IMG/VR virus record: IMGVR_UViG_3300025009_000050
Location: 180,053-244,052 of that record
Length of the DNA stretch: 64,000 nt
Strand: one strand, 5' to 3'
Part shown: one piece after another, positions 49,982 through 58,969 of the stretch
Numbering within the stretch: the first letter of the stretch is position 1
How the letters are laid out: each line of letters opens with the position of its first letter
Notes under the pieces: generated by a model
Told to the model about the DNA's origin: nothing
What the model saw: only the letters and a program-made list of their open reading frames with translations
Databases searched by the model: none
Made by a program: the position numbers and the translations under genes

Positions 49982-50557
49982 ATGAGCGCAACAACATTGA
50001 TTGAAGACGTTCATAGTGGCTGGTTTAGTAAAGCAGTAGCTGCTAAGATTAAGGTCATGACAGATAATCCTGTAATGCCATATACTAATATTGCGTGGCA
50101 AGTACAAGGAACTCAGGAATACATGATGAAAGCTTATGCTGAACTTATTGAGGATTACATACCTGAATTATTGGCTCAGGTTCCATTGCCTGAAGGATTC
50201 AGGTATAGGTCTTATACTGGTCAAGGAGAACATGGCTATATTGCTGCTGTCATCCTTGAATGGACTCCTAACTTCTATAAAATTAACTGCAAGTACCACA
50301 TGATACATGAGACTTTAATTCATGAGTTAAGTGGTATCTACGCAGGAACTAGTCCTGAAAATGCATTGCAAGGCTTGCACAATTGGTGCAGTCATGCATA
50401 CACCATTGTTGAAGCTAAGATTATTGAAAAACTGAAGAAGAAACAGCTCAGATGGTATGGGCTAGTTCGATATACCAAAAATGGAGTCTATGGATATCAT
50501 GATAGCTATAAGTGTTATGATATGCACAATATCTTCAATCGTAAGAAAGGAGCATAA
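49982..50557 (+). CDS. Hypothetical protein
   Basis: SD aaggagg. Confidence 0.6.
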   Translation: MSATTLIEDVHSGWFSKAVAAKIKVMTDNPVMPYTNIAWQVQGTQEYMMKAYAELIEDYIPELLAQVPLPEGFRYRSYTGQGEHGYIAAVILEWTPNFYKINCKYHMIHETLIHELSGIYAGTSPENALQGLHNWCSHAYTIVEAKIIEKLKKKQLRWYGLVRYTKNGVYGYHDSYKCYDMHNIFNRKKGA

Positions 50558-50742
50558 TGTTAGATACGCTAACTATGTTATTGGTAATAAGCTTTGTAAT
50601 AACATTAATGATGTGGACATTATCAATGTGTAATATAATTGAAGATAAGTATTACGAATGCAGTAGTAATATCACATTAGTATTATTGTTAATACAGGCT
50701 TTAGTATTTATGGTGATAGCATTCAAAGGTATTGTAACATGA
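50557..50742 (+). CDS. Small two-TM membrane protein
   Basis: Two hydrophobic segments. Confidence 0.5.
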   Translation: MLDTLTMLLVISFVITLMMWTLSMCNIIEDKYYECSSNITLVLLLIQALVFMVIAFKGIVT

Positions 50743-50815
50743 CATTTGGCACTATATTACAGATCTAAGTTGCTATATACCATATATTGGTAATTGTTAA
50801 CCTCCTCTATAATAT

Positions 50816-50894
50816 GCTATCCCTGCTCATCTGGGCAATGAGCAGTGGTGGTAATATTATAATGCCCGCAGGAGCAATATCCTGCACCATTAGC
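50816..50894 (+). ncRNA. Candidate pseudoknotted small RNA/leader
   Basis: Stems ctgctcat/atgagcag, tggt/acca, gcagga/tcctgc; loop gggca is complementary to tgccc. Confidence 0.4.
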
Positions 50895-50929
50895 TATTAA
50901 AAAATGTAGCTAGTGTATAAGGAGGTAGT

Positions 50930-51490
50930 ATGAAAGGATATATGTTTAAAACCTTGACCGAGCTTGAGAAGAAAGCTATGTTGACTGGTGTGCTAATTAA
51001 GCGCACTGGTGGTAGACTTGATAAGCTTAGGATTGAGTCTGTCATTAATAATCTTGATATTAATATCCAATATGGCATTAAGGTATTTGAAGATGCCAAG
51101 GAATTTGGGAAGGCAATAACTTTACCTAACCACATAATGGAACATTCATGGGCAGGTAGTAAAGAACATATAGGCCAAGGTATTAACTTGCTTGGTACAG
51201 ATCTTGTATTCGGTGAGAGTAAGACATATGAATATAGTGGTAATGGTAATATCACTAAGGATGAGAAAGAAATGACATTACCAGATTTTGGCATGCTTGA
51301 TATTCATGCTGTCTATGTGTTCGAGCATAATAAGAGCACATACGAAGGTAATGAGTATGACAATAAGTATAACCATATCTATGTATATCTACCAAGTGGT
51401 AATCCGTTCATCATGAATCCAGATGTTGAATATATCCTTGCTAACTTTGACCTCAGTAAACCTAAACTTGGGTTCGTGGGGGTGGAATAA
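50930..51490 (+). CDS. Hypothetical protein
   Basis: SD aaggaggt. Confidence 0.6.
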   Translation: MKGYMFKTLTELEKKAMLTGVLIKRTGGRLDKLRIESVINNLDINIQYGIKVFEDAKEFGKAITLPNHIMEHSWAGSKEHIGQGINLLGTDLVFGESKTYEYSGNGNITKDEKEMTLPDFGMLDIHAVYVFEHNKSTYEGNEYDNKYNHIYVYLPSGNPFIMNPDVEYILANFDLSKPKLGFVGVE

Positions 51491-51798
51491 TTGCCTTTTA
51501 TATCTAATGGTTTCGAAGCTGTGGTGTTTGGTGGTAGAGACACTCAGCTTCGAATTAAAGTAGACCCGTATCTTGATGTAAATCTAAGTCCAGAAGACAC
51601 ACAGGCATTTATGGCCTACTTATCTAGGTAAATGCCTCACCCAATAATTGAAGGTGAGATAACAAAATTACTGACTGAGATAGTCAATATAATGCCAGAG
51701 ACTAAAGGTTCTAGTATTAGTGCTACAATTGCTAGGACTAAAGTTGATATTCTGTTAGATGTCATAAAAGACCTTAACAGAATATACGGAGGAGAATT

Positions 51799-52092
51799 AT
51801 GAGACAGTTATTCGGAGACTTATTGAATAACTACATAGCATCAGAGAATGCAGACATCTATGATGATGCAGATCTTGTGCAACTGAGTATTGAAGTTAAG
51901 AAGTACCGCGATAAATATGACGACATCATCGGAGGTTGTCGTTATGCTGTAAGAGTACTGAAGGCTGAGAGGAAAGCCCTTATTTCTATCATACGTGGCT
52001 TTGTTGTTGCTGATAAGCATGATAATATGGAGGCTCGGCTTAATGCCCTCAGACAAGTGAACAAAGCTCTCAGATTACTGCAGGGAAGATAA
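51799..52092 (+). CDS. Hypothetical helical protein
   Basis: SD ggagg. Confidence 0.55.
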   Translation: MRQLFGDLLNNYIASENADIYDDADLVQLSIEVKKYRDKYDDIIGGCRYAVRVLKAERKALISIIRGFVVADKHDNMEARLNALRQVNKALRLLQGR

Positions 52093-52095
52093 GGG

Positions 52096-52368
52096 GTGAT
52101 AGTTATGGTTTGTGGTAAAACTAATAGATTAGTTAATCCTGAAGAATGCCATAGTTGTGATCAATTCGTTATAAATGACAAAGCTAGAAGTAAGTTTGAT
52201 GTGTTTAATACGATATGTAAGATGGAAGATCAAATTAAATATGATCCTGAAGTTTGTGCTAATTGTGCTGATAATCTGGAGCCATGCAATTGTTCCTACT
52301 CTTATCATGCTGCTTATACAAGACATTGTAAATCCTGCAATGGTTGTAAGACGAAGAGCTGCAAATGA
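52096..52368 (+). CDS. Cys-rich hypothetical protein
   Basis: Multiple CxxC motifs. Confidence 0.5.
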   Translation: MIVMVCGKTNRLVNPEECHSCDQFVINDKARSKFDVFNTICKMEDQIKYDPEVCANCADNLEPCNCSYSYHAAYTRHCKSCNGCKTKSCK

Positions 52369-52569
52369 ATAATCTGCGTAGAAGGAGTGACTAATATAAT
52401 GCGTCGTTCTACATATTGCTATAAACCTATGCTACGGGATTTTTGTAGGGATTGTGCCTTCTATCTGACTAGCGTAAATAAATGCACAAAGTGTAAAGGC
52501 TTAACTAAGCCTTTTAACCTTGCCTGCAGGAAGTTTAAAGCAGGATATAAGAAAAGGAAATAGTTAGAG

Positions 52570-53025
52570 GTGACATCTATGCGCTATAAGAATGATCGGC
52601 ATCGTATGTTCACAATATTATGCTACCTGTATCACTATCCTGGTGATGAAGGCATAGGTGGTATAAGAGCTGATTTACATAATGGTCATTGGAGAGCTGG
52701 TACTAGATTACGTGCTCCATGGGGACCGTTATGGGGAATGAATAAGAGTAAGAGGCTATCGTATCTTAATAAGTTAGTTGAAACTGATTGTCTACTAACT
52801 GATGGATCAGATTATGTAGTTACCGAGTATGGTCTGTCTCTACTCAAGAGATATCCTTACAGGCTCGTAGACTATGTAACATGGTACAAGCATATGGGTA
52901 CTGGAAAAATGAGTAGATCCAGTAGATATGCATACTGCGATCCAAATAAGATAATTTCCTTAGTGCAAGCTATATTGCCTGGATCTAACTATGGCATTAG
53001 TATATCAAAGATATACGACTTATAG
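52570..53025 (+). CDS. Putative winged-helix DNA-binding protein
   Basis: YLNKLVETDCL...YVVTEYGLSLL wing motif. Confidence 0.45.
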   Translation: MTSMRYKNDRHRMFTILCYLYHYPGDEGIGGIRADLHNGHWRAGTRLRAPWGPLWGMNKSKRLSYLNKLVETDCLLTDGSDYVVTEYGLSLLKRYPYRLVDYVTWYKHMGTGKMSRSSRYAYCDPNKIISLVQAILPGSNYGISISKIYDL

Positions 53026-53036
53026 GAGGCAAAATT

Positions 53037-53228
53037 ATGAATAACATATCACTTATAGTAAGCTCATTCGTTATTTTTATAACGACACAAATCTTATTCT
53101 ATAAGACTTTTGAAGAAAGGAATATTAATATCCCAGCGCTTGGATTATATGTATCTTCATTTGTGGTATTCGTTATGTCTCTAGCATACTTCATATGCGA
53201 TAATATCATTATATATATTACGAGGTGA
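53037..53228 (+). CDS. Small membrane protein
   Basis: Two TM segments; SD aggagg. Confidence 0.5.
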   Translation: MNNISLIVSSFVIFITTQILFYKTFEERNINIPALGLYVSSFVVFVMSLAYFICDNIIIYITR

Positions 53229-53232
53229 TATA

Positions 53233-53598
53233 ATGCTACAAGTATTACTGATTATAGAAGCCCTAGTGATCATCACACTATTTGCATTAATTAGTATATG
53301 CATACAATTAGACAGATATAAGCCTTGCCCTAAGTGGTTAAAGTTATCTCTTGGTATAATGGCTGCGCTACCATTCTCTATAACTATAGCCATTGGCATT
53401 ATAGAGAATGCATACACAGTAACAATAGTATTTATTCTCTTAATCATAAATATGGCAGCATCTATGTGTGCTGCCGGATATCTTATAGATAGAAAACGTG
53501 AGCCGCATACTTCATTGGCAGCTAATATAGTAATATCTCTCATCATCTTAGCTATACAAGCAATATATATAACACTGAATGCGCTTGAGAAGATATGA
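53233..53598 (+). CDS. Four-TM membrane protein
   Basis: Hydrophobicity; SD gaggtga. Confidence 0.55.
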   Translation: MLQVLLIIEALVIITLFALISICIQLDRYKPCPKWLKLSLGIMAALPFSITIAIGIIENAYTVTIVFILLIINMAASMCAAGYLIDRKREPHTSLAANIVISLIILAIQAIYITLNALEKI

Positions 53599-53906
53599 GA
53601 GTATTATTACTTTCAGCATTGATACTATTGGTATATTGGATTTATAGAATACATCATCCTAAATTGCCTTCACATGAAGTTGGAAAATGTGAAAGCTTTT
53701 CTAATGGAATGTGTATATACAAGTGCATGAGTATTGGAGGTGTTGGGCTCAAGAATCGTATACATGTATATGATGCAGATTGGATTCATAGTATATTAAA
53801 TGGGCATATCAAGAATGAATTTGCATGCTGCATTAATTGTGCTGAATTCGGACCTGAATGTGCTTGTCTTTTCTTACGATATAAATTTGAGGAGGGTAAT
53901 GCATGA
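53595..53906 (+). CDS. 8-Cys family member 6 with N-terminal membrane anchor
   Basis: CESFSNGMCIYKC...CCINCAEFGPECAC. Confidence 0.7.
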   Translation: MRVLLLSALILLVYWIYRIHHPKLPSHEVGKCESFSNGMCIYKCMSIGGVGLKNRIHVYDADWIHSILNGHIKNEFACCINCAEFGPECACLFLRYKFEEGNA

Positions 53907-54169
53907 GAGTGCTATATATAATACTGCTTATATTATTATGCACAGGATGCGCTCCTATACATACTGATGTAGTTAAAATATATGATGCTAAGGAGTTTGA
54001 TTACGACTGTTCTCGTTCCTACTCTATCTATGTATTAATAGAAGGTAGGAAAGTAGAATATATAGTGGGTAAAGCAATGTACCTTAAAGCTCTTAATGCT
54101 AATGAGGCTAGGGTTACATATAACTTTGAAAATGGCATTGTAACCCCACGTGATATTGGAGTGAGATAA
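53903..54169 (+). CDS. Putative lipoprotein
   Basis: MRVLYIILLILLCTGC lipobox-like. Confidence 0.55.
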   Translation: MRVLYIILLILLCTGCAPIHTDVVKIYDAKEFDYDCSRSYSIYVLIEGRKVEYIVGKAMYLKALNANEARVTYNFENGIVTPRDIGVR

Positions 54170-54369
54170 TGGAAGTTGCAGTATGCCCTAAGTGTGATAA
54201 GATTAATATACTAGATAAATGGGATGAATCTACTAAGTATACATTCGGTGGAGTAGTATCTATAACTAATAAAATTAGTGTGCTTTTATATGTATGTCCT
54301 AATTGTGGAAAGTTTGTTCATCTCTACAGTATTATATTTATTGATATTACTAAGGAGGTAAAATGTTAA
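54169..54369 (+). CDS. Zinc-ribbon protein, tandem family 1/3
   Basis: CPKC..WD..T..YVCPNC. Confidence 0.65.
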   Translation: MEVAVCPKCDKINILDKWDESTKYTFGGVVSITNKISVLLYVCPNCGKFVHLYSIIFIDITKEVKC

Positions 54370-54578
54370 CTATTGATGCAGCTATTTGCCCAAGGTGTGA
54401 TAAGATGAGCACCTTTGGTGAATGGGATAATGGAACTCTTAAATATTATAATAGAATAGTGTCCATGACAGATTTAAAGAATAGGAATGGTTGCTATTAT
54501 CATTGTCCTCATTGTGGGAAAAAGTCTGAATTTGTTCAACTTATATTAACAAAGTTGAACATAAAGCTGAAGAGATGA
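54363..54578 (+). CDS. Zinc-ribbon protein, tandem family 2/3
   Basis: CPRC..WD..T..YHCPHC. Confidence 0.65.
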   Translation: MLTIDAAICPRCDKMSTFGEWDNGTLKYYNRIVSMTDLKNRNGCYYHCPHCGKKSEFVQLILTKLNIKLKR

Positions 54579-54769
54579 TTAAACATATATGTCCCAAATG
54601 TGATGCTATAAATTCTGAGGAAGAATGGGATAAGGCTACTACCAAATTCTTTGGTCAGATTACTAGTATTACTGATAAACTACGCAGAAATCTATATGTA
54701 TATATGTGCCCTTATTGTAAGGGTATAGTTCGGTATATGAAATTAATAGAATTGGAGGATAATGAATGA
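54575..54769 (+). CDS. Zinc-ribbon protein, tandem family 3/3
   Basis: CPKC..WD..T..YMCPYC. Confidence 0.65.
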   Translation: MIKHICPKCDAINSEEEWDKATTKFFGQITSITDKLRRNLYVYMCPYCKGIVRYMKLIELEDNE

Positions 54770-54909
54770 AATGTCCGGTTTGCGGGTACGAAGGTACGGT
54801 GTATGATTTCATTCATATTATTGGAGATTTTGAAGCATACATAAACCAGAGTATGGTGCCCGTAACATTGTATGCTTGTCCCAAGTGTAAAATTATAATA
54901 ATGGATTAA
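54766..54909 (+). CDS. Small zinc-ribbon protein (47 aa)
   Basis: MKCPVCG...LYACPKC; not in ORF track. Confidence 0.55.
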   Translation: MKCPVCGYEGTVYDFIHIIGDFEAYINQSMVPVTLYACPKCKIIIMD

Positions 54910-54918
54910 GGAGGTAAT

Positions 54919-55461
54919 ATGATGCCAGCTAAGATTGAAAAGTTAATACATGGTGAAACTGTATTCCGAGGAAAAAGGATGGCCGTAAGAGTTGATAAAG
55001 TGCAAGTGGATGATTGTAAGCCTACAATAAGAGAGGTCGTTGAATCTTGTAATGCTGTAGCTATATTAGGTATCGACAAGAGTAACAATATGATCTTTAT
55101 CAGGCAGTATAGGCATGCTGTAGGAAGAATACTTCTAGAACTTCCAGCTGGTAAGATAGATCCAGGCGAATCTAAATATATGGCTGGTCTAAGGGAATTC
55201 AAGGAGGAAACTGGATATACTGCTGGTAGCATTGAGACTCTACTTTCTGGTTTAAGTTCACCAGGATTCTTAACTGAGAATATACATATACTACTTGCAA
55301 CCGATCTCACTGAAGGCAATCCAGAGCCCACAGAGAATGAGAACATAGAAGTAGTCGGGATTCCAATTCCCGATGTATTGGGTAAGATAGATAGTGGTGA
55401 GATCAGCTGCCTCAAATCTATTGCAGCTGTATATGCTTATATGGTAAAAGTTCTTTCATAA
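54919..55461 (+). CDS. nudF: ADP-ribose pyrophosphatase (Nudix)
   Basis: IRQYRHAVG, LELPAGKIDPGE...REFKEETGY Nudix box, SSPGF. Confidence 0.85.
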   Translation: MMPAKIEKLIHGETVFRGKRMAVRVDKVQVDDCKPTIREVVESCNAVAILGIDKSNNMIFIRQYRHAVGRILLELPAGKIDPGESKYMAGLREFKEETGYTAGSIETLLSGLSSPGFLTENIHILLATDLTEGNPEPTENENIEVVGIPIPDVLGKIDSGEISCLKSIAAVYAYMVKVLS

Positions 55462-55641
55462 CTGGAGGTTAATATGTGTTTCTTATGCCTATGCCAGCAC
55501 CTATAATTAAACCGCCGGATATCTCTATTGTTACTCCACCTTCAATAGTAGAGTTAGTGATATTTTATGGGATGATAGGATCGCTATTTATTGCAGTACT
55601 AGTATCTCTATATATATTCATCATTACTTATAGGAGGTAAG

Positions 55642-55812
55642 GTGTATAATTTAGTTAAAAACTGTGGATTCTTCAGTAATGGAATATGTAAATCAGCACC
55701 ATGTTCTAAAACAGGCGATAAGTTTTGCTGTATAAATTGCTCTAAGTTAAGTGCTGACTGCTCTTGTGCAACATTAAGTAGAAGAATAAAGGAGTTAGAT
55801 AACAATGGGTAG
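55642..55812 (+). CDS. 8-Cys family member 7 (56 aa)
   Basis: SD aggaggt, GTG start; CGFFSNGICKSAPC..CCINCSKLSADCSC; not in ORF track. Confidence 0.7.
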   Translation: MYNLVKNCGFFSNGICKSAPCSKTGDKFCCINCSKLSADCSCATLSRRIKELDNNG

Positions 55813-55975
55813 GTGTGTTAGTTGTGGAACTAAGGTCAACAGAGAAGAGAACATGGAAATGCTTGAGGACATATTTGAATCTGTTGACCTGTGTGGTGTT
55901 GAGTCACTACCTGAAGATGCACAGGTTGTCTATGAGGATAAGATGTGCTGGCAATGTTATGAGAAGAGGTGTTAA
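55805..55975 (+). CDS. Small treble-clef-like Zn-finger protein
   Basis: MGRCVSCG...MCWQCYE; SD aaggag. Confidence 0.55.
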   Translation: MGRCVSCGTKVNREENMEMLEDIFESVDLCGVESLPEDAQVVYEDKMCWQCYEKRC

Positions 55976-56029
55976 TTTACTGCTCTCACCTCTTTTCATG
56001 AGAGGTGTATGGAGTAAATTATAGGAGGA

Positions 56030-56383
56030 ATGCTAATGTTTGATGTAAAGGTATTTCAGTTTATACTAACTAATGATAAAATTCTACTTGTTGAAGCAGA
56101 CAGCATATCTGAAGCTTTCCAGGATCAACAGTTGTGGAATTTACGTGCAACTGAAATAAAAGATTTCAAACAGTTGAATTACCTCGAATTAAAAGATAAA
56201 ATAATTTATGCAGCAGACGATGTTGGTATTTTTAAAGTTCAGAATACTAATTTTATTGAAGTTATTAGAAATATTCCTAATTTGAAACAGCGTGATATCA
56301 TTACATGGGAATATGCAAGACATAAACGCATGTATAGAGTTATGATATTCAATACTCATATTATACTTACCACAGCTAATTAG
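56030..56383 (+). CDS. Hypothetical protein
   Basis: SD aggagg. Confidence 0.55.
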   Translation: MLMFDVKVFQFILTNDKILLVEADSISEAFQDQQLWNLRATEIKDFKQLNYLELKDKIIYAADDVGIFKVQNTNFIEVIRNIPNLKQRDIITWEYARHKRMYRVMIFNTHIILTTAN

Positions 56384-56394
56384 GAGGGTGCAAT

Positions 56395-56970
56395 ATGCAA
56401 TATGTTAGTTTGGAAGATAATACTTTAGATCTACAAACTGGCTCAAGAGTCTTCTCAAACTTTATATTTGACTACTTATTTAAGTATAAAGTATATCTAT
56501 TTCAATCCATAGTTGTCATTTGCATAGGAACTGACCGTTCCACAGGTGACAGCTTAGGACCGTTAACTGGACATATACTGAGCTCAATGGATAATGAGTT
56601 CCACTTGTATGGAACATTAGATAAGCCAGTTGGTGCAAGTGATTTAGAAGAAACAATTGAGATAATTAATGCTAATCACCCAGGTGCATTCATAATTGCT
56701 ATTGATGCTTGTCTTGGCAAATCAGAGAATATAGGACATGTACGCATAGAAGATGGCCCTATACACCCTGGATCTGGTGTAAATAAGAAATTACCTCCCG
56801 TAGGATGCATTCATATTATTGGAATAGTAAATGTAGCTGGCTATATGGAATACCTTGTTTTACAAAATACCAGATTGAATATTGTAATGAAGATGGCTAA
56901 CATCATAGCTCCTGCATTGAATTCAGCTATCAGTAGATATAATTTACTAATCAGTAAAACTGCTGTATAA
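56395..56970 (+). CDS. yyaC: Spore protease YyaC (GPR-like)
   Basis: CIGTDRSTGDSLGPLTG, YGTLDKPV, IAIDACLG, PGSGVNKKLPPVG, LQNTRL. Confidence 0.9.
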   Translation: MQYVSLEDNTLDLQTGSRVFSNFIFDYLFKYKVYLFQSIVVICIGTDRSTGDSLGPLTGHILSSMDNEFHLYGTLDKPVGASDLEETIEIINANHPGAFIIAIDACLGKSENIGHVRIEDGPIHPGSGVNKKLPPVGCIHIIGIVNVAGYMEYLVLQNTRLNIVMKMANIIAPALNSAISRYNLLISKTAV

Positions 56971-56971
56971 T
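56943..56971 (+). promoter_or_regulatory. SigA-like promoter for the tRNA-like RNA
   Basis: TTTACT-N17-TATAAT; predicted +1 about 56978. Confidence 0.5.
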
Positions 56972-56977
56972 GAGCTT

Positions 56978-57069
56978 GGGGCCAGCTTAGCCCCGCCAGA
57001 GGAGGAGAGCCTGGGTTCGAATCCCAGTAGCACTGATCATGCTATAGCCAAGTGGTCCAAGGCGCCTCC
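56978..57069 (+). ncRNA. Circularly permuted tRNA-like RNA (YrlA/Y-RNA-like)
   Basis: GGAGG - T-arm CTGGG TTCGAAT CCCAG - TAGCA ctgatca TGCTA - TA - D-arm GCC AAGTGGTCCAA GGC - G - CCTCC. Confidence 0.75.
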
Positions 57070-57093
57070 ATGACTTTATCAAGGAGTGGTTAT

Positions 57094-57492
57094 ATGCAAT
57101 TCATAGTTTGTGCTTGTAGTAAGAATGTTGATACTAGAGCAGTTGATCTTCCTAATATAGAAGTTGGATTAAAACTGCTGGGTGAACTGAGAAAGGCAGC
57201 AGGTAAGGATCTTGATATCTCAGTTATTAAGTCGTATGTAAATTCTTATTCTGAATATAGAGTTGAAATTGCAATTCCTGAAAAACTTGCTATTCAGTGC
57301 AATGATCTATTCAATGATAAGAATATTGTATATATTAAGGTTCCAGATAAGCATCTTAATCAATATGCAAGTATTGTCCCAATTATAGATCTAGAAGGTG
57401 ATATCCCTTCTGCTCACATGGAGTACCATCTTGATGGAGATAAATTCATTAAGGATTGGATGGAGGCAGGATGTCCGACAACATTACTATAA
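57094..57492 (+). CDS. Hypothetical protein
   Basis: SD aaggag before ATG 57094. Confidence 0.55.
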   Translation: MQFIVCACSKNVDTRAVDLPNIEVGLKLLGELRKAAGKDLDISVIKSYVNSYSEYRVEIAIPEKLAIQCNDLFNDKNIVYIKVPDKHLNQYASIVPIIDLEGDIPSAHMEYHLDGDKFIKDWMEAGCPTTLL

Positions 57493-57701
57493 TTGAATGC
57501 ACTGAATTCAAAGATGGGATGTGCAGTATAATGTGCCCCAGATTAAAGAGAAAGATATTGCACGAAGAAGTAGAACCTAACGCGGATTTAATGGTATGCT
57601 GCATAAACTGCTCTCAACTTGAAGCAGATTGTAATTGTGGTACAATTAGAAGTTGCATCAGGAATGGAGTGAAGTTCTTTGTTACACATTCGAACAGCTG
57701 A
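57471..57701 (+). CDS. 8-Cys family member 8
   Basis: CTEFKDGMCSIMC...CCINCSQLEADCNC. Confidence 0.7.
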   Translation: MSDNITIIECTEFKDGMCSIMCPRLKRKILHEEVEPNADLMVCCINCSQLEADCNCGTIRSCIRNGVKFFVTHSNS

Positions 57702-58020
57702 TATGAGTTATAACGGACTTAGTGGTCTTGATATAACAAGAAAGACAGCTGATATAACTGGTGATGAGACATTCGCTCCTAGTTGGAAAATTGTACGTGA
57801 TCATCAACAAGGTAAGATAACTGATGACCAGTACATAGAAGTCTATTATAAGATGATGCTCGATTCACAGATTAAGTATGCTGATAGGTGGAAGTGGCTA
57901 CTAGATCAGAATTATATAGTTCTTAAGTGCTTCTGTAAGAAGAATAAATTCTGTCATAGAATAGTATTAGCCCTGATACTTAAGAGCTTAGGGGCTAAAT
58001 ACTTAGGAGAAGTTGCATGA
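57679..58020 (+). CDS. DUF488/YeaO-like protein
   Basis: DITRK, FAPSW, LKCFC....CHR. Confidence 0.65.
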   Translation: MLHIRTADMSYNGLSGLDITRKTADITGDETFAPSWKIVRDHQQGKITDDQYIEVYYKMMLDSQIKYADRWKWLLDQNYIVLKCFCKKNKFCHRIVLALILKSLGAKYLGEVA

Positions 58021-58202
58021 GTGTATTAAAATGTGAGAATTATGTAGAAGGATATTGTACAAAACATTGTAATACAATTAATCTAGATTGCACAGTAAAC
58101 AACAGAAAGGTTCATTCAATTTGTTGCTTAAATTGTGCTTTAAGAAATAAAAGTTGCTACTGCTCTACAGTAGCAAACCTAGTTGAAATATGGCTTTGCT
58201 AG
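58017..58202 (+). CDS. 8-Cys family member 9
   Basis: CENYVEGYCTKHC...CCLNCALRNKSCYC. Confidence 0.7.
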   Translation: MSVLKCENYVEGYCTKHCNTINLDCTVNNRKVHSICCLNCALRNKSCYCSTVANLVEIWLC

Positions 58203-58331
58203 TTACACTATATGTGTTTCTATACAGTTACGCCATAGGTACCTGCCTAGGTGTAATCTATCCCGTATAAGTTAGTTGATTGACCTTAATAAGCTGGAAG
58301 GAGGTAGCACTTAATTTCACACATCATACTA

Positions 58332-58366
58332 AGGTGGTAGTCTCCTCTACCACCTATTCTTTTTTT
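58332..58366 (+). terminator. Rho-independent terminator
   Basis: aggtggtag-tctcct-ctaccacct followed by a T-tract. Confidence 0.7.
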
Positions 58367-58635
58367 AAGGAGGTGTTCTGATGGGAGATATACTGTTTGG
58401 ATACTTTTTTGTACTACTACTTATTGTACTAACATGCGGTGCTGCGTACGCTATATATATGATGTATTTATCGTTCATAGAAGAAAGGAGGAAGCATAAA
58501 GAGAAAGAAGCTAAATATAAGTTATGACGAGGAGGGAGTAAACTATGGGTTTTTGGTCATATATCGGGTTATTAATATGCATCATGGCTACTGGTGTTAC
58601 CGTCATAGTGCTATATTTTTTAGTCATGACTATCA

Positions 58636-58953
58636 TTGATAATATTAATGATAGGAGGGAAATACGTAATCAAAACAATCAAAGAGATGTTGACCAATAA
58701 TAAACTTGAACTTGCAATAATACTCTTAGCTGGCATTATAATCGCCGTATCTCTGTATCCTATAGGACTTAATGCAGCCATCAAACATACCCTTCAAATA
58801 CCAAGGAATTTATATCCACACCAAGTTATAACTATACTAACATACCTAAGTACAAGTTATTTTTTATATTACGTCCAAGTAATCTTCTTTATATCGATGT
58901 TTAGTGTTGCTGTATTTGGGCTTAAAAAGCATTATACTAGTAGGGCTGAATAG
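58636..58953 (+). CDS. Membrane protein
   Basis: Hydrophobic segments; start uncertain. Confidence 0.45.
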   Translation: MIILMIGGKYVIKTIKEMLTNNKLELAIILLAGIIIAVSLYPIGLNAAIKHTLQIPRNLYPHQVITILTYLSTSYFLYYVQVIFFISMFSVAVFGLKKHYTSRAE

Positions 58954-58969
58954 TATCAGCCCTATTTTT
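58941..58969 (+). terminator. Rho-independent terminator
   Basis: tagggctga-atagta-tcagcccta-ttttt. Confidence 0.7.

Noticed and set aside
55815-56024. ORF-track 69-aa protein
   Set aside because: An alternative frame (55805-55975) has an SD and a Zn-finger motif and is more plausible.
57001-57069. Canonical tRNA gene or attP-type tRNA fragment
   Set aside because: Arms are in permuted order with no free acceptor end or CCA, so it cannot be a standard tRNA; reported as YrlA-like instead.
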